In this document: in pieces, positions 50,444 through 57,874 of the stretch | How positions within the stretch are numbered: position 1 is the stretch's first letter | Layout of the letters: the number at the start of each line of letters is the position of its first letter | DNA from: Mariprofundaceae bacterium | GTDB lineage: Bacteria > Pseudomonadota > Zetaproteobacteria > Mariprofundales > Mariprofundaceae | DNA: 64,000 bases | Assembly: GCA_050302175.1 (NCBI GenBank) | Contig: JBNLAN010000016.1 | Location: 6,957 to 70,956, forward strand | Reading direction: 5' to 3' | Made by a program: the position numbers and the translations under genes | The notes under the pieces: model-generated | What the model was told of the DNA's origin: nothing | Seen by the model: the letters and a program-made list of their open reading frames with translations, nothing else | The model's database searches: none

Positions 50444-50502
50444 TCGCTTTCTACATCGTTAAACCCGGGCTAGTTCAACCTGACCCCTTCCTTCTATGTT
50501 TA

Positions 50503-50856
50503 CTATTTCCGAGAATAGGCTGAAGCTATCAATTTATGGAGTGAGACATATGTGATAAAAACACCAGCTAAGAGCAATATATTCGAGATTTTATCACTAA
50601 CGACAATCGAAGCAGACACCAATACAACCCACAGGAAGAAAGAAGTATATAAACATTTATTCTTTTTATTAGTCTTCCTTGAAAAAATAAAAACTAACAA
50701 CCCTATTAAGACGAAACATATTGAGATAACCACAAGAATCGTAAGTTCAACCGTCCATAATAGGTTTTGAATTCTATAACCAACAAAGTTGAGAATAAAC
50801 GTAACAATAGATGCTAAAAAAAGAGAGATTGATAATGTCAAAGAATCCATTTTCAT
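50503..50856 (-). CDS. small 3-4-TM membrane protein (hypothetical)
   Basis: ATG 50856 overlaps the stop of the upstream ORF (ATGA). 117 aa, almost entirely hydrophobic helices. Very AT-rich. Confidence 0.45.
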   Translation of the reverse strand: MKMDSLTLSISLFLASIVTFILNFVGYRIQNLLWTVELTILVVISICFVLIGLLVFIFSRKTNKKNKCLYTSFFLWVVLVSASIVVSDKISNILLLAGVFITYVSLHKLIASAYSRK

Positions 50857-51488
50857 CTTTTCTGCCTCTGATTTTGCTGACAAGAATAAGCAACTAATGC
50901 GAATGCTGAAATCGCTAGAACTACTGCCAATAGTGCGACAATAAATGCGCCTCTCATTAATGCGATTTGCGCAAAAAGACCTAATATGAGGAGTAATGGG
51001 AAAATCAGTGAAATATTTACAAGCATACAATCTTCATAACTTTTATAAACCACCGTTAATTCGCCCGCATAAGCCGTGCCACTTATCATTTGGAATATTT
51101 GATTCAGCACTGATCCTATCCAGACAGATATATTATGGTCTGTTCTCCCCCCATTCATGCCATCACTAATACGGTATTGCCCATCGCCTGTTATCGGATC
51201 GACAATAGCATACCCCGCCCCTGTCCAGCCCCCTACTGTAAGGTTTGAAGCGTGTGCAGTGACTTCCTTGCCTGCCGCAACTGCGGCATTGATCTCTCCC
51301 ATTGCGAATGGAGAAAGGGCAAGTCTTGGAATGACTGTTGCAGCGTTCTGTTGATTGATCTGATAGACAGGCATCCCCTGACTGGCTGCCACGCTAAACA
51401 GCTTCATGGTTGAAACTGCCTGGATCGGCGCTGCCGATGTGCTGAACATCTGCTCCGGAATCTGATGCTCTAGGGAAGATGAAAGCAT
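50853..51488 (-). CDS. hypothetical protein: soluble domain resembling the C-terminal module of large transglutaminase-associated proteins, plus 2 TM helices
   Basis: 211 aa. The block GMPVYQINQQNAATVIPRLALSPFAMGEINAAVAAGKEVTAHASNLTVGGWTGAGYAIVDPITGDGQYRISDGMNGG resembles, from memory only, a conserved module near the C-terminus of very large bacterial proteins. No SD at ATG 51488. Confidence 0.45.
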   Translation of the reverse strand: MLSSSLEHQIPEQMFSTSAAPIQAVSTMKLFSVAASQGMPVYQINQQNAATVIPRLALSPFAMGEINAAVAAGKEVTAHASNLTVGGWTGAGYAIVDPITGDGQYRISDGMNGGRTDHNISVWIGSVLNQIFQMISGTAYAGELTVVYKSYEDCMLVNISLIFPLLLILGLFAQIALMRGAFIVALLAVVLAISAFALVAYSCQQNQRQKR

Positions 51489-51524
51489 ACCAACTGCACG
51501 GAGGAAAAAGGGGACGCTACCCTT

Positions 51525-52058
51525 TTATTCATTTGTGTCCCCCGAAATAACAATACGATCAAAGTGAATGAGCAGCTCTCTAAAATAGTCCTTCAACCTC
51601 GGAGTATTCGCTTTTTCCTGCAATTCTTCCTGAGAAACCTTTGGCATGTTTAATTGTTCATACTTGGCGAGTTTTGGATTAAGAAATATCTCCTCTGCTA
51701 GAGGGTTTATACCATAGTGATCAATCTTCTCTATTTTATCGTCATTTTTCTCTAATGACACTGATATCATGAGACCCCTAAACAATTCTAATTCTTCAAT
51801 GTTTACATGTGCAGTTTTTTGTTGATTTACCCAATTATATATTTTATCCAAATCTATTTTTTCTACTGAGTTGACCTTGCTATCATATCCCATTGATTTA
51901 ACGATTTGCTGAGTCTTCTCTATACTGCTAAAGGCATGAAGTTTGTCTTTAGGTAAAATGGGCAACAAATGATAATCTTGACCAGTAGATTCATCCATAC
52001 CATATATTATCGGCACATAATGCACTTTATTTCCACGCGTAATTTCAAATACATACAT
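51525..52058 (-). CDS. hypothetical cytoplasmic protein
   Basis: 177 aa from ATG 52058 (MYVFEITRG...). Very AT-rich, with no TM segment or signal peptide and no recognised family. Confidence 0.45.
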   Translation of the reverse strand: MYVFEITRGNKVHYVPIIYGMDESTGQDYHLLPILPKDKLHAFSSIEKTQQIVKSMGYDSKVNSVEKIDLDKIYNWVNQQKTAHVNIEELELFRGLMISVSLEKNDDKIEKIDHYGINPLAEEIFLNPKLAKYEQLNMPKVSQEELQEKANTPRLKDYFRELLIHFDRIVISGDTNE

Positions 52059-52315
52059 TAAGCATTCCTCATAGCTTAAAACGACACTCAGCAACATCCG
52101 GCGGGAAAGGATCACCAACGTTTCTTACAGCCGGACGTGAAATTAACCCGGGAGCACATGGAACAGGTTGAGGGCAACCCACTTCAAATGGAAGAAACCG
52201 TGGATGGAGTTGGGAATACCCCGAGCTTTTGCACTGGTAAATACATTGATTCCAACCTGCTGGAGCCCAAAATCAAAGGGATAAGGGGTCAGAGCCGTTA
52301 TTCGCCTATTAACCA

Positions 52316-53326
52316 TTATTTGCCGTCGACCTTTTGTTCCATACGCTTAATCGCATTGGCATATACAGGGCTTTTGTTCACCATATCGGCAACGCGATAT
52401 TCACGCAGCGCCTTACTCCACTGACCGGCCTCCTCATAAATCCTGCCGTTATTATAAGATGCACTTGCCCGAATAGCCGAAGCCGATTCCCCTGATGCCA
52501 ATCCGATTGCTTTGTTATTTGCCCAGATTGCATCCTCTATATGCCCGGCCTTTTGGTAGGCCAGGCCCAGGTTGCCAAATGCCTGAGCATAAGTTCCATC
52601 GAGCTCGACCGCTTCACGATACAGACGAATCGCCTCATCGTAATTGTGGGCACGATATGCTTTTTCGCCTTTTTTGTTCAATTCCCGCGCAGCTTCCGGA
52701 TCGTTTCGATAATATGAAATGACCTGCGGTGCCTTGCCATCCACGCCCCCCAAACTCAAATTACTCATATTGGAGGCCGGATCGAATGGCACGTCACCCA
52801 GCTTGTTAATGTCTTCGATTTCACCACTTTCGGTTATCGCGAAAACTCTCCAGAAATTGCCGGCTGCCATAAATTCCGGTTCCGGCCAGGGGCCGACCGG
52901 AGGCACGGCGTAGCTCTTGATAAGCTTATCCCCGACATAAACAAATACCTTAGCCTTGCTACTTATAAGCACGCGCCAATTTGACTCATACTTGCTCGCA
53001 TAATCATGCACGGCATAGATATAACGCTGACCATGACGCCTGCGATTAATCGTAATCGTTTCAGGCCCGTACCCATTGGTATCGTTCACATCCAGTGACG
53101 CGCCATCTCCTGTCATGGCATTGAAGTAAACGTGGTTACCCGGATAAAAAAGATGAGCATCAAGATTCCATGGCTTGTCACTCCAGGTCAGAACGATCCG
53201 CATACCGTCCAGATTGTTCTTCCCCTTCTCTGCGGCACTCGAAGCCTGAGCGTTGATTAGTGAAGCAACCGCACTTCCAGCGACGCACAGGAAAGCAAAG
53301 AATATGGCTTTTTTAAAATGAATCAT
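52316..53326 (-). CDS. secreted YfaP-like (DUF2135) domain + TPR-repeat protein
   Basis: Signal peptide from ATG 53326. The block LRIVLTWSDKPWNLDAHLFYPGNHVYFN...LDVNDTNGYGPETI matches the DUF2135 pattern as I recall it. The C-terminal TPRs include YDEAIRLYREAVELDGTYAQAFGNLGLAYQKAG. Confidence 0.65.
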   Translation of the reverse strand: MIHFKKAIFFAFLCVAGSAVASLINAQASSAAEKGKNNLDGMRIVLTWSDKPWNLDAHLFYPGNHVYFNAMTGDGASLDVNDTNGYGPETITINRRRHGQRYIYAVHDYASKYESNWRVLISSKAKVFVYVGDKLIKSYAVPPVGPWPEPEFMAAGNFWRVFAITESGEIEDINKLGDVPFDPASNMSNLSLGGVDGKAPQVISYYRNDPEAARELNKKGEKAYRAHNYDEAIRLYREAVELDGTYAQAFGNLGLAYQKAGHIEDAIWANNKAIGLASGESASAIRASASYNNGRIYEEAGQWSKALREYRVADMVNKSPVYANAIKRMEQKVDGK

Positions 53327-53374
53327 TATCCCCTCACATTGTTTTCCATTACAGAGCATCAATGGTCAATGGGA

Positions 53375-54424
53375 TCAGAGCCCTTTTCCACCAAACGAAA
53401 TCGACTGCACAAATTTCGTGAACAGAGCGCGATCCGGCTCGCTATAGTCCACCTTGGAGAGATGCAGATCCACCCAGACTCCATCCACGACATAGTGCGC
53501 ATTCATATTGCGCTGTTTCAGATCCATGCCCTTCACCTGCCCCAATGTATATTCAGACACAAACACATCGCCGACTTTGGAGCTCTGCCAGTCACTCCTG
53601 CCGGAGCCACCGGACTTCAGTCTGCCCAACAGAAAATCCCGGCACTCTTTGCTGTTGCGGCATTTACGCGCTGGTTCAAAGTTGAACGAAACATTTAACC
53701 CGCTCTTTTTATCGGTCAGGAAATAATACGGGCGGGCATTGTCTTCCATCTCCACATGGAGCCCGCCTTTCGGAAATTCAAGAAACGACTCTTTGGTGGG
53801 AAGAGTGATTCGATATCTGGATTTAATTTGCTTCAATGAAGAGATACCACCCTCAACATGAGTCGCAGCTTTGATCACCTTCAGGCCTGAATCCACGATA
53901 TCACTTTGTCCATCATTGGTGAGAATCGTGAAAGTGATAAGCAGCTTGCCGGTGCGAGCCATCCCCTGAGTCAGATATTTGTATTCCCCCGGTTTGGGGG
54001 CACGATCAGTTGCTGTGAAATAGTAGCCTCTTGCACTTTTGCTTTTGAGCTCTTTCACCCGGATATTTTTTTCAACTGCACTGGCCTCAGCCTCTTTGGC
54101 AGTTGCTGCCACCTGCGCCTGCATAAATTCCGCACCGGGTAACTCTTTTCCAGGCGGTGCCCACATCGGTGTTACAAGAATAGTGAAACCAGCCCCTGAT
54201 CTGGGCGAAAAGGTAATGGTCGGGTAAGGCGAGTCATCCGGTTGTTCGGATGCAGCCTTCCATGCCTTCGGCACCGCAAACTGGACTGTGCCATTTCCTT
54301 GTAGCTGGAACTCGCGATTCTCTGTGCCTTTGGCATACGCAGGCATAGAGGCCGCTGCAAACAGCGATAGCAACACCGCACCAAACAAGCATCGCATAGC
54401 GAGTGCAATATTCTTTTCTCTCAT
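53375..54424 (-). CDS. hypothetical secreted protein
   Basis: 349 aa from ATG 54424, which has AGGAG upstream. Signal peptide LLSLFAAASMPAYA. No family recognised. Confidence 0.5.
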   Translation of the reverse strand: MREKNIALAMRCLFGAVLLSLFAAASMPAYAKGTENREFQLQGNGTVQFAVPKAWKAASEQPDDSPYPTITFSPRSGAGFTILVTPMWAPPGKELPGAEFMQAQVAATAKEAEASAVEKNIRVKELKSKSARGYYFTATDRAPKPGEYKYLTQGMARTGKLLITFTILTNDGQSDIVDSGLKVIKAATHVEGGISSLKQIKSRYRITLPTKESFLEFPKGGLHVEMEDNARPYYFLTDKKSGLNVSFNFEPARKCRNSKECRDFLLGRLKSGGSGRSDWQSSKVGDVFVSEYTLGQVKGMDLKQRNMNAHYVVDGVWVDLHLSKVDYSEPDRALFTKFVQSISFGGKGL

Positions 54425-54552
54425 GATTGGCTCTCCTCTCCCATGGGCTCCCATCAACTCCAGTTGTCAATCGCCATTCCAGAGGTTTAACTGATTCCGG
54501 TCAAGAAATTTTCCCAGCCGCATATAGCAGAAACAATCCTTGCTGGACGCAT

Positions 54553-55563
54553 ATGACCGCATGTTTAAGATGGCGAGCTGTGAAGCAATATTTGGCCAAA
54601 CGATTACTCGGCATGCTGCCGCTCCTGCTCGGCATCACCATTATCTCCTTCGGCATGATGCATCTGGCGCCGGGTGAGCCAGCTGTGGTCGGCGCTGAAT
54701 TCAACCCCAAAATCTCGGCCAAGGATATCGAGCGCCTGCGTGCCTACTACGGGCTGGACAAGCCCATCATTGAGCAATACTGGATGTGGCTGAAGCGTCT
54801 GGCTGTGCTCGATTTCGGGAAATCATTCTCCTCCGACAATCGCCCTGTGCTCGATAAAATCACCGAGCGACTGCCGATCACTCTATGGATCAACATCCTC
54901 GCCATGGCACTGATCATGGCGATCGCCATTCCTATCGGTATTGCATCGAGTGTGCGGCAAAACTCATGGTTCGATCGAAGTATGACCGTGTTCGTATTTA
55001 TTGGCTTCGCTATCCCCTCATTCTGGCTCGGCCTGCTACTGATGCTCACCTTCGGCGTAAACCTCAACTGGCTGCCGGTATCGGGCATCCACGACTATAA
55101 CTGGAAGCAGATGGGCTTCATCGAACAACAACTCGATCTCATGCAACACCTGATCCTGCCGGTGTTCGTATCTGCAATTGGAGGGCTGGCCGGTATGAGT
55201 CGCTTCATGCGCACCGGCATGCTGGAGGTGATCCGCTCCGACTACATCACAACGGCACGTGCCATGGGCGTGCCGGAAACCTCGATCCGCTACCGGCTGG
55301 CGCTGAAAAACGCACTGCTGCCCATTATCACACTGCTTGGTCTCTCCATTCCGGGGCTCATCGGCGGCTCGGTAATTGTGGAGTATCTTTTCTCGATTCC
55401 GGGCATGGGGCGCCTGTTTTACGAAGCCGTGCTCTCCCGCGATTATACGGTGGTCATGGGTATCACGGTGATCGGTGCGGTACTGACGCTTTTGGGTAAC
55501 CTCATTGCCGATCTCTCCTACGCCTGGGCCGATCCGCGCATCCGGCATGGAGGGAAATCGTGA
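54553..55563 (+). CDS. ABC transporter permease, DppB/OppB type
   Basis: KQYLAKRLLGMLPLLLGITIISFGMMHLAPGEP N-terminus and an EAA-loop region (YITTARAMGVPE). Start is ATG 54553 or GTG 54580. Confidence 0.88.
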   Translation: MTACLRWRAVKQYLAKRLLGMLPLLLGITIISFGMMHLAPGEPAVVGAEFNPKISAKDIERLRAYYGLDKPIIEQYWMWLKRLAVLDFGKSFSSDNRPVLDKITERLPITLWINILAMALIMAIAIPIGIASSVRQNSWFDRSMTVFVFIGFAIPSFWLGLLLMLTFGVNLNWLPVSGIHDYNWKQMGFIEQQLDLMQHLILPVFVSAIGGLAGMSRFMRTGMLEVIRSDYITTARAMGVPETSIRYRLALKNALLPIITLLGLSIPGLIGGSVIVEYLFSIPGMGRLFYEAVLSRDYTVVMGITVIGAVLTLLGNLIADLSYAWADPRIRHGGKS

Positions 55564-56411
55564 ACCGCTCGGCACTAATGCAAAGCGCCAGGGCGCATCC
55601 TCTGCTGTGGGCTGGCGGTGCGATTGTTGGCACTGTGGCATTGCTGGCACTACTCGCCCCTTTTATTTCCCCCTACAACCCAACTGATCTCAATGTGAAG
55701 CACATCCTGCTGCCGCCTTCGCTCGAGCATCTCTGCGGCACCGACACACTGGGCCGCGATATCTTCTCACGCATGCTCTACGGCGCACGCGTATCGCTGG
55801 CGGTAGGTTTTGTGGCTGTAGGCATCGCCATCCTCATTGGTATTGCGCTGGGGGCGACAGCCGGCTTCTACGGCAACCGCATCGATACGCTCATTATGCG
55901 CACCACCGACATGGTGCTCTGCTTCCCCACCTTCTTCCTGATTCTGGCTGTGATTGCTTTTCTGGAACCCTCGATCTGGAACATCATGATCGTGATCGGG
56001 TTGACCTCGTGGATGGGTGTTGCGCGGCTGGTGCGCGCCGAATTCCTGAGCCTCAGGGAGCGTGAGTTCGTGCTGGCAGCGAAGAGCCTTGGGGTCTCCT
56101 CCATCTCCATCATGCTGCGCTACATGCTGCCCAACGCCATGGGGCCTATTCTGGTCTCCGCAGTGCTGGGCGTGGCAGGAGCCGTACTGGTTGAGTCTGG
56201 CCTGTCGTTTCTGGGGCTGGGCGTGCAGCCGCCCGACCCATCGTGGGGCAACATGCTAACCGAGGGCAAGGACAATCTTGATATCGCTTGGTGGATGTCG
56301 CTCTATCCCGGGCTCGCCATCCTGATCACGGTACTGGGATACAACCTGCTAGGCGAAGGTCTGCGCGATCTGCTCGATCCAAAAATGACCGCGAAATCGC
56401 GCACAAACTAA
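55560..56411 (+). CDS. ABC transporter permease, DppC/OppC type
   Basis: 283 aa with the LCGTDTLGRDIFSRMLYGARVSL block and an EAA loop (FVLAAKSLGVS). GTGA overlap with the upstream permease. Confidence 0.9.
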   Translation: MNRSALMQSARAHPLLWAGGAIVGTVALLALLAPFISPYNPTDLNVKHILLPPSLEHLCGTDTLGRDIFSRMLYGARVSLAVGFVAVGIAILIGIALGATAGFYGNRIDTLIMRTTDMVLCFPTFFLILAVIAFLEPSIWNIMIVIGLTSWMGVARLVRAEFLSLREREFVLAAKSLGVSSISIMLRYMLPNAMGPILVSAVLGVAGAVLVESGLSFLGLGVQPPDPSWGNMLTEGKDNLDIAWWMSLYPGLAILITVLGYNLLGEGLRDLLDPKMTAKSRTN

Positions 56412-56965
56412 AATTCCAGCGCATCTCCAGTTGCAAGATCGCTCTCTTCGGCCAGCAATATCTCCTGCAACAGCGCCATCACCAGCATACGATTATCTTC
56501 CTGCTTGCGCGCATCGACCGTAAAAATCGGTATATCACCTGAATCAAGTTCTGCAGCCAGCTTCTCCAGAGGCATGGCATTCGGTAAATCCTGCTTGGTA
56601 GCTCCGATCACAACCGGAAAGTCTGCAATATCCTTCCATACCTGAATCATCTCTTTGGCTTCGCTGACAGCCCTGTCGGCAACAGTATCGACAAGCAACA
56701 CGCCGCCCAAAGCCCCTTTGGAAAGTATCTTCCACATAAAGGCAAAACGGGACTGCCCCGGCGTACCGAACAGGTGTACGGATAGCTCGTCATCGACCTT
56801 CAGAATACCGAAATCCATTCCGACAGTGGTCATGGCCTTGAACTGGGACAGCTCGCCCGTGGTGGGCACATCCTTGCCCGAAAACTGCTCATCGCTGACA
56901 TGCTGAATCAGCGTTGTCTTACCTGAGCCGAATGGGCCGGAGATGATAATTTTTGCAATTGCCAT
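56408..56965 (-). CDS. small Ras-like GTPase of the MglA/CvnD (COG2229, ATP/GTP-binding protein) type
   Basis: 185 aa with G1 GPFGSGKT, switch I TTVGMDFG, G3 LFGTPGQ (Thr in place of Asp) and G4 ATKQD. GGGAG lies upstream of the ATG. The 3' end overlaps the convergent permease gene by 4 nt. Confidence 0.85.
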   Translation of the reverse strand: MAIAKIIISGPFGSGKTTLIQHVSDEQFSGKDVPTTGELSQFKAMTTVGMDFGILKVDDELSVHLFGTPGQSRFAFMWKILSKGALGGVLLVDTVADRAVSEAKEMIQVWKDIADFPVVIGATKQDLPNAMPLEKLAAELDSGDIPIFTVDARKQEDNRMLVMALLQEILLAEESDLATGDALEF

Positions 56966-57003
56966 GGACCTGCTCCCTAGTTCCTATCCCTGCAAAACCA
57001 CTA

Positions 57004-57618
57004 TCATGCAACAGCTCGCAGTCGTGCCAGAATGCGTGAGGCAAAACCGACAGGACGACTGACCCTGGCGACACTTCTCTGTGCAACCGGCAAAAAATAG
57101 CCTAGGCAGTAACATGTGATCACGATGCGCAGCTTGCGAAGCATCATGTCCGCATCCGTGATGTCAAGGTATGAACCCAGGTTGGCGCCACGCTCAGCAA
57201 GGCCCATCTGATACAGCACCTGGTATTCATGGAAATCTTTCGGGTTCAGGCGGAAAATTATCGCCGCCTTCAGGCGCACTGGTGGCAGCTTGGAGAAACA
57301 TTGTCGAAACACTGCCGCACGCACGTGATGCAGATGCAATCCCGCTAAAGCCCGGGTAAACACCATCTTGGCTTCCATTGGCACAACAATTTTCGGTTTC
57401 GATGGATTCCAGCGAAAACGTAACACCGGCTTCTCAATCACCTGCCTCAGCAACGCAACGGCTTCGCCCTCCCCTTCCAGCATACCGTGCTCAATGCGAA
57501 GGTGGGCATTCCAATCTTTACCTTCAAAATTTATTTCCCAACATTGTCCGCTAGCCAACAATTTACGCAACAAATCGAGGTGTTTCAGTTCATGACTCGC
57601 CTGTTCCTGCTTCGGCAT
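57004..57618 (-). CDS. hypothetical protein co-transcribed with the GTPase (possibly DUF4388-like N-terminus)
   Basis: 204 aa. ATG 57618 is preceded by GAGGAG. It lies 38 nt upstream of the GTPase gene. The block LDLLRKLLASGQCWEINFEGKDWNAHLRIEHGML loosely resembles DUF4388, but the assignment is weak. Confidence 0.55.
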   Translation of the reverse strand: MPKQEQASHELKHLDLLRKLLASGQCWEINFEGKDWNAHLRIEHGMLEGEGEAVALLRQVIEKPVLRFRWNPSKPKIVVPMEAKMVFTRALAGLHLHHVRAAVFRQCFSKLPPVRLKAAIIFRLNPKDFHEYQVLYQMGLAERGANLGSYLDITDADMMLRKLRIVITCYCLGYFLPVAQRSVARVSRPVGFASRILARLRAVA

Positions 57619-57874
57619 CTATAACTCCTCACCTGTTTCAAGGCCCATCACAACAACCCCCAGCCTGAATATGCCAGCCGCAAGCAAGCGACTGTTCGGA
57701 AGCGATTACGTACCCTAAGCACATGATAAGGCATTTGCCCCTCACCCGAATTTTCTCGGATATCGCAAGTCCGGCTCTTCAGAATACATAGCATTTTTCA
57801 CGCCAACACTAGACTGGAGATGATGGCACCCTCATGACATCGACAGGCACCGGCACATCCATTAACGTGCCGAA

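Noticed and set aside
50435-50458. 12-bp tandem duplication and nearby repeats, considered as a possible CRISPR or VNTR.
   Set aside because: There are only two units with no spacers, and no cas genes are present. I interpret it as slippage or duplication at the end of the 55-bp repeat.
52137-52424. 95-aa plus-strand ORF in the gap upstream of the AT-rich operon.
   Set aside because: It runs into and overlaps the 3' end of the YfaP-like gene on the opposite strand. It has no SD, no motifs and an odd composition. The 52059-52315 gap is better treated as a promoter or intergenic region.
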